A stretch of 43,247 nt of DNA, from contig JAFGWW010000082.1 of the NCBI GenBank assembly GCA_016936955.1, positions 1 to 43,247 of the forward strand. The letters run 5' to 3'. Of the stretch, positions 8,656 to 16,901 are shown piece after piece. The position numbers and the translations under genes are program-made. How positions within the stretch are numbered: position 1 is the stretch's first letter; the number at the start of each line of letters is the position of its first letter. The stretch comes from Planctomycetota bacterium. GTDB taxonomy: Bacteria; Planctomycetota; SZUA-567. The notes beneath the pieces are model-generated. The model saw only the letters and a list, made by a program, of their open reading frames with translations. It was not told where the DNA came from and did not search any database.

Positions 8656-9483
8656 TTACTGGAGGATTGGCAATAGTGCGTCGGCCGGGAAAGCTGGCGG
8701 GATCTTACCCCGCCCCGCGATTCTCAGCCAGTAGCGCCCGCCGTGGTTATCCACTTCAAGCCCGGTGCCGAAAGCGGTGGTAAGGATGGCGCCGGTCAGT
8801 ACCTCTTCTTTGGCCCCTTTTGCAAGAACCTCACCGTTTTTGAGGACAAGGGCCTTGTCGAAAACCGGGACCACCTCCTCGATATGGTGGGTGACCAGTA
8901 TCATCGTAATACCGGGGTGTTTCTGCGGCATTGACTCCAGCACGGCCAGCATATACTCACGCGAAGGGATGTCCAGCCCCGAGCACGGTTCGTCAAGTAT
9001 CAGCATCTCGGGGTCGGGCATGAGGGCGCGGGCGATAAGCACCTTCTGCTTCTCCCCCTGCGAGATGACTCCGTAAGTGCTGTGCGCGATATGTTCAGCG
9101 TCGAGGCTGCAGAGAAGCTCACGCGCTTTTTTCCTCTTCGCGTCATCTATATCGTAGACAAAACCGAGGGTCGCCGAGATGCCGGAGAGGACAACCTCCA
9201 GCACATACTCGCTTGGCGGGATCCATTCGGAAAGATGGTTCGAGACCCAGCCGATGCGCTTGCGAAGCTCGCGCACGTCGGTGCGCCCCAGCACTTCGCC
9301 AAGAACCGTGACCTCCCCCGAGGTGCGCCACATCATCCCCGTCACCACCTTCAGCAGCGTGGTCTTGCCCGAACCGTTCGCCCCGATGAGGGCCCAGTTT
9401 TCGCGGGGCTTCACCTCCCAGTCGATACCGCTCAGAATCTGCCTGTCGTTGCGCCGCACGCTTACGTTTTTTATATCAAGCAT
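8656..9483 (-). CDS. ABC transporter ATP-binding protein, orphan (no adjacent permease)
   Basis: 275 aa. Walker A GANGSGKTT, signature ISQGEKQKV, Walker B MLILDEP, H-loop LVTHH. Confidence 0.85.
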   Translation of the reverse strand: MLDIKNVSVRRNDRQILSGIDWEVKPRENWALIGANGSGKTTLLKVVTGMMWRTSGEVTVLGEVLGRTDVRELRKRIGWVSNHLSEWIPPSEYVLEVVLSGISATLGFVYDIDDAKRKKARELLCSLDAEHIAHSTYGVISQGEKQKVLIARALMPDPEMLILDEPCSGLDIPSREYMLAVLESMPQKHPGITMILVTHHIEEVVPVFDKALVLKNGEVLAKGAKEEVLTGAILTTAFGTGLEVDNHGGRYWLRIAGRGKIPPAFPADALLPILQ

Positions 9484-9528
9484 CGCTTGCCTCTGTGTCT
9501 CTCATGATGTTTGCGTTTTATATTATTC

Positions 9529-10680
9529 CTATCGCCTGCCGGCGGCGAAGAGCCGGACAACCTGCTCGGTCTGCGCCTCAAGCAGTTGCTCCCCTTCCGC
9601 CATCGCTTTCTCAAGGGTCATCGGGCCCGAACAGAGGCTGAAGACCGCGTCGATGCCGATTGAATGGAGCTGGCCGATACCTTCGCCGATTCCGCCCGCG
9701 ATAGCCGCGCACGGGATGCCGAGTTTTTTCGCAACCCCCGCAACCCCCGCCGGAGCCTTGCCGAAAGCGGTCTGATAATCTATCTGCCCTTCGGCGGTCA
9801 GAACCAGATCCGCGCCCGCGCATTTTTCATCAAGCCTCACCAGATCAAGCACTACTTCCATCCCCGGCCGCAGTTCAGCTTCGCAGAAAGCGCAAAGCCC
9901 CGCGCCAAGCCCACCCGCCGCGCCCGCGCCGGGAAGGGCGCGTATATCTTTGCCAAGATCGCGCTGCATCAGGTCGGCAAGATGGGAAAGCCCCGCTTCC
10001 AGCTGTTCCACCATCTCCGGCGTTGCCCCTTTCTGGGGGCCGTAAACCCGCGCCGCACCGCGCTCGCCAAGCAGGGGATTGTCCACGTCGCACACAACCT
10101 CGAACACGGCCTTGCTTACGCGGGGGTCGAGCCCTGAGGCGTCGATGCGGTCAATTTTTGAAAGCCCGCCACCGGTGGGGCTCACCTCATTCCCTTCCGC
10201 ATTGAGAAAACGATAACCCAGTGCGCTCGCCATTCCGATCCCTCCGTCGGTGGTGGCCGAACCGCCAATGCCGACGATAATGCGTTCGCAACCAAGGTCA
10301 AGGGCGGCGGTAATAAGCTCACCCGTTCCATAGGTCGTGGTAAGCATTGGATTGCGCTCATCATCCCGCAACAGGGCAATGCCGCTTGCAGTCGCCATCT
10401 CCACCACCGCCAGCTTCATCCCCGGCACGTGGCAGAACATGGCGCTCACCTTTTTATCCAGCGGCCCGCGCACCTCCCGCGTATCCGCTACGCCGTTAAA
10501 GGAGTCCTTGAGCACCTCCGCCAACCCGTCGCCGCCATCGGCTACCGGCACGCATACAGTTTCTGCTTCAGGACACGCCGCGCGCGCTCCCCGCGCCATG
10601 ACCGCGGCCGCTGCGCTTGCGCTGATGCTGCCCTTGAATGCGTTGGGTGCCAGAACTATTTTCATCTTCATCCCCTTCAT
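9529..10680 (-). CDS. glycerate kinase
   Basis: 383 aa with the family motifs KIVLAPNAFKGS, GGSATTDGGIGMASALG and AEGQIDYQTAFGKAPAGVA. The true start may be the MKMKIV a few codons in. Confidence 0.9.
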   Translation of the reverse strand: MKGMKMKIVLAPNAFKGSISASAAAAVMARGARAACPEAETVCVPVADGGDGLAEVLKDSFNGVADTREVRGPLDKKVSAMFCHVPGMKLAVVEMATASGIALLRDDERNPMLTTTYGTGELITAALDLGCERIIVGIGGSATTDGGIGMASALGYRFLNAEGNEVSPTGGGLSKIDRIDASGLDPRVSKAVFEVVCDVDNPLLGERGAARVYGPQKGATPEMVEQLEAGLSHLADLMQRDLGKDIRALPGAGAAGGLGAGLCAFCEAELRPGMEVVLDLVRLDEKCAGADLVLTAEGQIDYQTAFGKAPAGVAGVAKKLGIPCAAIAGGIGEGIGQLHSIGIDAVFSLCSGPMTLEKAMAEGEQLLEAQTEQVVRLFAAGRR

Positions 10681-10684
10681 ATAC

Positions 10685-11683
10685 TTATTTGCGGCAATGA
10701 TACTGACGGAAATAAAAACTCTCTTCCTTATTCGAAAGCACGGTAAAGCCAGCGCGCTTCAACATCTCTTCCATGATCCAGCCGTGGGTGCTGAACTCGC
10801 GCTCAGCATGGCGCGCCGCGGCCTTGCGGGTCGACTCGGGAAAAGCGGCGACAAACCTCTCGAAAAATTCCGCGTGCCCCTCTTCTTTCCAATCGAAAAA
10901 AACATCGCGCACAACAAACTGCCCACCGGGTTTGAGCAAGCGGAATATCTTCTCCACCGCCACCGTTTTCCACACGTCGGGAAGATGGTGGAGCGCCGCG
11001 CCGGAGACGACCGCGTCATACTCCCCGTCCCGCTCCGGAATGCCCAGGAACCCCGCATTCACGCACTCGATATCCAAATTTTCCACACTCGCCCGCGACC
11101 CGATATACTTCAGCATCATAGAAGAAATATCGGCCGCTGTCACGCGATAATCCTTGCCCGCCGCCATGCGCGCAAACTTTCCCGTACCGCACCCGATCTC
11201 CATGATGCGCGCCCCGCCCGGCAGGTTCAGCAATTCCAGAATTGCGGTATTCTCGCCGTCGATATCGCGGAACTCTCCCATGCGCTTTTCATAAGCCTCG
11301 ATCTCCGAGATATCGCCGTAATCGGTGCCCACCTGCTGCATCTCGTTCCATTGCCAGGCAGTTTTTGAAACTTCGCTTTCCGTTTCCTTCTCATCCTCAA
11401 CCTCGGCGATTACCGCACCGGCTTCAACCGACCCTTCCCGCAGAACGACTATGGCGCGGTATTCTTCGGAAGAGAAACATTTATCAAGGGCTTCCCGCGA
11501 GGGGAACTCAATCACCACCAGCGCCTCGGGGTTCCATCCTCCCACAACGGTTGCGAATTGCCCGCCCCGCGCGAGATAACGCCCGCCGTAAGTCTCCACA
11601 ATTTTTCTGGCCTTCTGCCTGTACGCATCGTATCGGTCGGGATTGATCACCTTCCGTATCTCGGCCACAAAAATGGCACCCAT
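10685..11683 (-). CDS. DUF1330-like domain fused to class I SAM-dependent methyltransferase
   Basis: I moved the start to ATG 11683 (MGAIFVAEI), which has GGAG 8-11 nt upstream. Residues 1-95 are DUF1330-like (YRQKARKIVETYGGRYLARGG, VVIEFPSREALDKCFSSEEYRAI). An acidic linker follows, then methyltransferase motif I IMEIGCGTGKFA and LLKPGGQFVV. Confidence 0.75.
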   Translation of the reverse strand: MGAIFVAEIRKVINPDRYDAYRQKARKIVETYGGRYLARGGQFATVVGGWNPEALVVIEFPSREALDKCFSSEEYRAIVVLREGSVEAGAVIAEVEDEKETESEVSKTAWQWNEMQQVGTDYGDISEIEAYEKRMGEFRDIDGENTAILELLNLPGGARIMEIGCGTGKFARMAAGKDYRVTAADISSMMLKYIGSRASVENLDIECVNAGFLGIPERDGEYDAVVSGAALHHLPDVWKTVAVEKIFRLLKPGGQFVVRDVFFDWKEEGHAEFFERFVAAFPESTRKAAARHAEREFSTHGWIMEEMLKRAGFTVLSNKEESFYFRQYHCRK

Positions 11684-11705
11684 CACTTTCTCCTTCACCG
11701 GTAAA

Positions 11706-11737
11706 TGCAAAAAGCCCTGCGGAACTCCCGCAGGGCT
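11706..11737 (-). terminator. intrinsic terminator inside the 5' leader of the DUF1330-methyltransferase operon (attenuator candidate)
   Basis: The minus strand reads AGCCCUGCGG-GAGUU-CCGCAGGGCU followed by UUUUUG. This is a perfect 10-bp stem, only about 23 nt upstream of the RBS. No minus-strand gene ends upstream of it. Confidence 0.65.
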
Positions 11738-11894
11738 GAACGTTTGTACTCGTCTTTTCGTTCAATGCCTAGCGGGACCGCGCTCCTGCGGTAAGAATAA
11801 TTACGCTCTCGGTAATAAATACATAACCCGCGCGCGGAGCCGCGGCGTTTACAGGGTTGAAATCAGAGCTGAAGAGGCTATCGAACAAATTCAT
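11738..11894 (-). promoter_or_regulatory. untranslated leader / candidate cis-regulatory RNA (riboswitch or attenuator), class unknown
   Basis: It lies between the predicted TSS (~11894) and the terminator. It contains CCGCAGG (11791-11785), a copy of the 3' terminator arm that can pair with the 5' arm as an antiterminator. It also contains two UUACCG..AG.AGCG repeats. A 41-codon ORF (11894-11769) with no SD is also possible. Confidence 0.4.
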
Positions 11895-11900
11895 GACCCC

Positions 11901-11929
11901 TGTATAATCCCGTCTTTTGCAAATGTCAA
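11901..11929 (-). promoter_or_regulatory. sigma70-like promoter for the leader and DUF1330-methyltransferase operon
   Basis: The minus strand has TTGACA (11929-11924), a 17-nt spacer and TATACA (11906-11901). Confidence 0.45.
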
Positions 11930-11993
11930 TAGCATTGACTTGCCCGCGCGTAAATTACCGCTATAATTTCATTCCCGAAAGGAACTCCCTCAC

Positions 11994-13454
11994 ATGAAAA
12001 ATATTCTCCTCATTCTCACCGACCAGCAGCGCAAGGATTCCCTCGGCTCTTACGGCAACACCATCTGCAAAACCCCCAACCTCGACCGCATTGCCGAATC
12101 GGGTGTGCGCTTCAACCGCAACTATGTGGCCAACCCAATCTGCATGCCCAACCGCGCGTGCATCCTCACGGGGCAGAATCTGCGCAACCACGGACTCTGG
12201 ACCAATGGCCTTTTGCTTGACGAGTTCCGCACCGTGGCAAACGAGCTCTCCGAACAGGGATACCAGACCGCCTCTTTCGGAAAGATCCACCTCCAGCCTT
12301 TCGGCGGCGACCACGACCATCCAGAAGCCGCTGTCCACTGGAAAGACAAGAGCAACGCCTACGACTGGACCGGCCCCTACTTCGGCTTCGAGCATGTTGA
12401 ACTCACCATCAGCCACACCTCACGCATCGCCCATTACGGGCAGTGGTTCCGCGAACACGGCGGCACCGAGGAAATGGGACGGCTCGATACATTAACCGGC
12501 GCCCCGCAGTCCGGCACCCGCCCCATGCCCTCCGAGCTTCACGACTCGGCTTTTGTTGGCGACCGCGTCAGCGCATTTCTCAAGGATGAACGCGACCGCA
12601 GCAAGCCCTTCTTCTGCGTGGCCAGTTTCCCCGATCCGCACCATCCCTTCAACCCGCCGGAGGATGCGGCAAAGGATTATCCCCACGATAACGTAACCAT
12701 GCCCACCGGTTCGGCGGAAGACCTCGCCTCGCGCCCGGCTCATTACGCACAGCATTTCCGCGGCGAATGGCACCGCAAAGGCATGCATGATTCCAAGCAT
12801 CCGGAAGGGCTTTCCGAAGAACACACCCGCGAACGCATCGCCCACACCTACGCCATGGTCGACCTTATCGACCGCAACGTGGGGAAAATTCTCGACGCCC
12901 TGGAGAGTGAAGGCCTGCGCGAAAACACTGTTGTCATCTTCACCAGCGACCACGGCGAACTTCTCGGCGACCACGGGCTCTGGTTCAAAGGCCCCTTCTT
13001 TTACGAAGGACTGATCAGCACGCCCCTTATCATCTCCGCGCCGGGGGAGGTAGCCCCCGGCGTGAGCGAGAACCTCTCCTCCGCCATCGACCTTGTTCCC
13101 ACCATGTGCGATCTGGCCGGAGCCTCAGCGCCTTATTACGCCGACGGCATCTCCCTCGCCCCGCACCTGCGCGACAGCAAGTGCGAAACGCGCAAGCAGG
13201 CCCTTGTGGAGTATCACAACGGATACGGAGCTGCCGACAGCCCGAGCAAGGTATTGATTACGGAGAGATGGAAATACGTGCAATACGCCAACGGCGATGC
13301 GGAACTGACAGACCTGCAGAACGATCCGGAAGAAAGGGTGAACCTTGCGGGAGCAGGCGAATACGCGCCGGTTGTGCAGGAGATGAAAGGCAGGATGCTG
13401 GAAGAGATTCTCGCTACCTCGAAGAAAAACCCGGAACAGATTTCGCACGCTTAA
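11994..13454 (+). CDS. Cys-type sulfatase (arylsulfatase family), apparently cytoplasmic
   Basis: 486 aa with LILTDQQR, the formylglycine motif CMPNRACILTG and FTSDHGELLGDHG. No N-terminal signal peptide is visible. Confidence 0.9.
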   Translation: MKNILLILTDQQRKDSLGSYGNTICKTPNLDRIAESGVRFNRNYVANPICMPNRACILTGQNLRNHGLWTNGLLLDEFRTVANELSEQGYQTASFGKIHLQPFGGDHDHPEAAVHWKDKSNAYDWTGPYFGFEHVELTISHTSRIAHYGQWFREHGGTEEMGRLDTLTGAPQSGTRPMPSELHDSAFVGDRVSAFLKDERDRSKPFFCVASFPDPHHPFNPPEDAAKDYPHDNVTMPTGSAEDLASRPAHYAQHFRGEWHRKGMHDSKHPEGLSEEHTRERIAHTYAMVDLIDRNVGKILDALESEGLRENTVVIFTSDHGELLGDHGLWFKGPFFYEGLISTPLIISAPGEVAPGVSENLSSAIDLVPTMCDLAGASAPYYADGISLAPHLRDSKCETRKQALVEYHNGYGAADSPSKVLITERWKYVQYANGDAELTDLQNDPEERVNLAGAGEYAPVVQEMKGRMLEEILATSKKNPEQISHA

Positions 13455-13486
13455 TCCTGAGTGCTGCGTTTTCTGACTGTTGACCT

Positions 13487-14763
13487 CTATTCTTCTTCAC
13501 CGCTCTTATCGTACCGGAATTGAGGGTAATACTTCGCAGCGCATTCGGGGCAGAGGCTGTGGCTGAAGTCGATGTCCGAATGGTCGCGGATATAGACTTC
13601 GATCTGGTTCCAGTAACCCTTGTCGTCCCTCACCTTCTTGCAGTATGAGCAGATGGGAAGCATCTTCTGCAGGGTATGGATTTTCTTTATCGCTTCCTGC
13701 AGATCCTTGATTGTCTCCGCCTTCTCCTCCTCGGCGCGCTTGCGTTCCTTGATCTCGTTTTCGAGGTCAATGGTCTTCTCTCGGATTTTCTCTTCCAGTT
13801 CGTCCACGCAAAGGAGCATCCTCCCCGCAAGTGGTTTCATCAACTGCCAGAAGCCGAAGAGGATGGCAAGATAGAGCAGGAACGAAACTCCCCCCACAAC
13901 AACCATTTTATCGTACACCGGCGAATACAGCTTCCTCTCGCTCTGGGTTATGATCAGCCCCCACCTGCTGTCTTCGATATGGGTATAGGACACTATCGTG
14001 TCGTTAATATATTCTAGCCCCGAGCCGCCGTCGATCGCCTTTTCCATCAGCCCCCGAAGCTCCGGCATGATTTCATGCCCGCCCTCATCGTGGGTGAGAG
14101 TCAGCACATCCCCATCTTTACGGTAGCCGATCACTATCCCGTCGGCCTTGAAGCCAGACTGCTTGGCTATAATCTCCTTGAGCGCATCCATCCTGATAAA
14201 GACAAGGTCCGTGCCTGCGCGCTCCGTTTCGCGACTTTTTATGGGGGCACTAACTATAAGCACATCCCCCTCCTCCTCGCAGCATTCGAAGATGGTAAGT
14301 TTATCATTTACAAAACACCGAGATCTTCCACGGCCACAGCACAACGCGGACAATCGCCACATTCGGCAACCCGGTTGTTTTTGGTGTCAAGGCGCATTAT
14401 GCCGCAGATATCTTCTGAAAGATTCATCGCATCCTTGAGTCTTGGAATGGTAAACTTCTTCAACTCCGCGAGCGACTCCTCCCCCCGGTTATATTTCTCC
14501 AGAGCCTGCCTGATACTCGTACGGCTTGTTATCTGGCGGGCAAGGTCCTTAGCCCTGCGGTTCCATTCCATTACCGCCATCGCCCGGATCTGGGCATTAT
14601 GGCAAAGACTCTGGTCTTCCGCGTTTTTGAGATGACCGAAAAGGATGATGAAAATAACTACCATGAGGGCGAGGGTGAGGGTGAATAGAGCAGTGGCCAG
14701 ATAGATGAACAGGGACTTGCGCAGGCGCATAGTCGATTCGAATGGCTCTTCTTTCGTTGCCAT
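13487..14763 (-). pseudogene. membrane sensor (TM - periplasmic domain - TM - coiled coil - C-terminal Cys4 module), interrupted by a 1-nt frameshift or an assembly error
   Basis: ORFs 14308-14961 (real start ATG 14763, MATKEE..., TM LFIYLATALFTLTLALMVVIFIILFG) and 13487-14362 overlap in different frames. Adding one T to the T4 run (plus strand A-run 14312-14315) joins them as ...VEDLGVFVNDKLTIFECCEEEG.... The total, 1277+1 nt, gives 426 codons including the stop. The second TM is VVVGGVSFLLYLAILFGFWQL. The C-terminus is ICSYCKKVRDDKGYWNQIEVYIRDHSDIDFSHSLCPEC. Confidence 0.6.
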
Positions 14764-15102
14764 GCCATTATCCTTAATGTCGGAAAACGGATATACATAA
14801 CATCGGCATTCCCGACAACCGACGCCAGACCGCTTCCCTTTCCCGGATTTATTATATGCCCGATTGCCCTGCGACAACAGCGGGAAAGTTATTTTAAGAG
14901 ATTTGTCGCCCGATTCGTGCCCTCTGCAGGCGCAATATACGCCCCTGACTATCTGCCGCATTTATTCCATATATTACAGGCTACCGATACAAACAGACCA
15001 TTTATATATTTTATATGCGGTGGCGTTTGCAAAAATCATCGCACAGTGGTAGTTAGTAATAAAGTATAATTTATATTCCCAAAGCATGACAGGAGCGAAA
15101 AC

Positions 15103-15978
15103 ATGAAGACCATCCGCCTTCTAACCATCGGCAACAGTTTTTCAAACAACGCCTTAACCTTTCTTGCAGATATCGCCGCCAGTGGCGGTGAAGTGACTTT
15201 CGATGTCGGCAAGGCAAGCCTCGGCGGATGCTCTCTTGAGAAGCACTGGAACATCGCAACCTATTCTGAAAAACACCCGGAACCGAAATCATACGACCTG
15301 CAAAAAAATGAGGACGGCTCATCCATCAAGGCCAATCTGCGGGAAGCGCTTGCCTTTAAGGAATGGGACTTTGTAACGCTCCAGCAGGTCAGCCGCAAGA
15401 GTTGGCGCCGCGAAACCTTCCAGCCCTATCTCGATAATCTTCTCGGGTTGGTGAGGAAACTCGCGCCCCAGGCCAAACCCCTTCTCCACCAGACATGGGC
15501 CTACCGCACCGACACCCCCTACTTCACGGAAAACAGCATTACCCAGGAAATCATGCACCGCCGTATCGTAGAGAACTACAACCACTTCTCCTCCGAAACC
15601 GGCTGCGGCATCCTTCCCTCCGGCGAGGCGGTAAACAGGGCGCGGCAGATCGAAGGGCGCAAGTTCACCTGGCCCGAAGAGGATTACAATTACCAGTTCC
15701 CCGAAGCGCCTGTCCTGCCCCGGCAGGAGCATTCCCTCGCCGTAGGCTGGTTCTGGGAGATTACCAACACCCCCGAAGGCGTACCCGAAATGCGCCGCGA
15801 CTCGAACCATCTCAACAGAACAGGCTGCTACCTTGCGGGTTGCGTCTGGTATGAAATCCTCTCCGGCCTCGATGTCACCTCAACCACTTTCGCGCCCGAA
15901 GAGGTCGACGGCGATACCGCAAAACTGCTGCGCTCCATCGCCCATGAAACCGCGCAGGCATACATGACATCCAAATAA
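15103..15978 (+). CDS. DUF4886 / SGNH-hydrolase-like protein
   Basis: 291 aa. The N-terminal block LLTIGNSFSNNA resembles block I of SGNH/DUF4886 esterases. No signal peptide. RBS AGGAG upstream. Confidence 0.6.
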   Translation: MKTIRLLTIGNSFSNNALTFLADIAASGGEVTFDVGKASLGGCSLEKHWNIATYSEKHPEPKSYDLQKNEDGSSIKANLREALAFKEWDFVTLQQVSRKSWRRETFQPYLDNLLGLVRKLAPQAKPLLHQTWAYRTDTPYFTENSITQEIMHRRIVENYNHFSSETGCGILPSGEAVNRARQIEGRKFTWPEEDYNYQFPEAPVLPRQEHSLAVGWFWEITNTPEGVPEMRRDSNHLNRTGCYLAGCVWYEILSGLDVTSTTFAPEEVDGDTAKLLRSIAHETAQAYMTSK

Positions 15979-16021
15979 CAGCCTGCCATCAGCGACAGGT
16001 CAGCCCTGAAAAAATCATCGC

Positions 16022-16050
16022 GGCGCTCTCTCAGAGGGCGCCTGTTTTAT
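16022..16050 (+). terminator. intrinsic terminator after the DUF4886 gene
   Basis: ggcgctctc-tca-gagggcgcc (9-bp stem with one G-U) followed by tgttttatt. Confidence 0.6.
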
Positions 16051-16080
16051 TAGCAATATGCAAAAGATGAAAGATGTAAA

Positions 16081-16455
16081 TCAGGCAAGAAAGGGATAAC
16101 GTTTGGTGGCGAGGAACTTCATCGAATCGGCGATCAGCCGGGAGTATTCAGTCGGCTTGAAATAGATATGGTCGAAAGTCTTTTCAAGATCCTTGATGGG
16201 AAAGATGCCGGACTCGCCCGTAAAAGCGAACATCCCCATCTCGGGGAAAGCATCCTTGAGCCTGCTTGCAAGGGTAAGGCCGTCCATCCCAGGCATCATC
16301 AGATCGGTTATGCAGAGGGCGAATTCCTCCTCCTGCACCCTGTCCAGAGCCGCCTGCGCTGAGGTAGCCACCTCATACTCAATACCAAGGGAATGGCAGA
16401 AAGTTGACATCAGGTCGCATACTGTGGTGTCATCGTCAACAAAAAGAATCTTCAT
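16081..16455 (-). CDS. stand-alone response-regulator receiver (CheY-like)
   Basis: 124 aa with MKILFVDDD, the phospho-acceptor context CITDLMMPGMDG, FAFTGES and YFKP. Confidence 0.9.
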   Translation of the reverse strand: MKILFVDDDTTVCDLMSTFCHSLGIEYEVATSAQAALDRVQEEEFALCITDLMMPGMDGLTLASRLKDAFPEMGMFAFTGESGIFPIKDLEKTFDHIYFKPTEYSRLIADSMKFLATKRYPFLA

Positions 16456-16493
16456 CCAAGTGCCGTTACCTTCTCAGCCACTCAAGGCTGATT

Positions 16494-16511
16494 TGTACCA
16501 ATTTTGGTATA
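16494..16511. promoter_or_regulatory. dyad-symmetric motif tgtaccaATTTtggtata, candidate operator copy 2 (upstream of the receiver gene)
   Basis: Arms TACCAA/TTGGTA, 39-56 nt upstream of the receiver ATG, overlapping a minus-strand AT-rich -10-like hexamer. 17/18 identical to 8505-8522 in the same orientation relative to the downstream gene. Confidence 0.35.
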
Positions 16512-16823
16512 ATAACATAATTGATGCCCCGTGACTCAATATCCCAAGCACACCCCACCACGCCGATAATACAAATAGATTAATCCGTTAAAACCATAAA
16601 ATCAATTAAATTTTCTCTGGCCCGGAAAAGATTGGCCGAAAATGCTTTTTACGTTTTTCACATTCTTGTCGCATGTAGGTATGACTGCATATTTTACACG
16701 ATCAAAGTTGTATTATCCCATAGGTCACAAAAAAACCAGCCACGAGACTCTAGACCGCTCAATTGTTGTATATCACTTTACCGCGCAATAAACATAAGCA
16801 GAGTTAACCCTCCCCCGCCAGAC

Positions 16824-16853
16824 AAAAAACAGAGCCGACATAAGCCGGCCCTG
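16824..16853 (-). terminator. intrinsic terminator after rubrerythrin
   Basis: The minus strand reads CAGGGCCG-GCUUAUGU-CGGCUCUG followed by UUUUUU. This is an 8-bp stem with one G-U, about 50 nt after the stop. Confidence 0.6.
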
Positions 16854-16901
16854 CTGGGGGAGAATACCGCTCAACCTGGTTCAAGGGTCAGGGTATGGGG
16901 G

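Noticed and set aside
11761-11800. Possible SAH or glycine riboswitch core (ACCGCAGGAGCGCGG resembles GAGGAGCGC / ACCGAAGGAGCAA blocks)
   Set aside because: Only one short block resembles either consensus as I recall them. The other conserved elements are missing (the AACGGCGCUC pseudoknot partner for SAH; the GGAGAG and CUCAGGCAA blocks for glycine). I therefore leave the leader unclassified.
11935-11967. TTGACT ... TATAAT pair as the sulfatase promoter
   Set aside because: The spacer is 21 nt, too long for a sigma70-type promoter. The extended -10 TGTATAAT at 11901-11908 is a more plausible candidate, but it lacks a good -35, so I did not annotate it.
14308-14362. Programmed ribosomal frameshifting in the sensor gene
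   Set aside because: There is no X XXY YYZ slippery heptamer and no obvious downstream stimulatory structure. A homopolymer indel is the simpler explanation.
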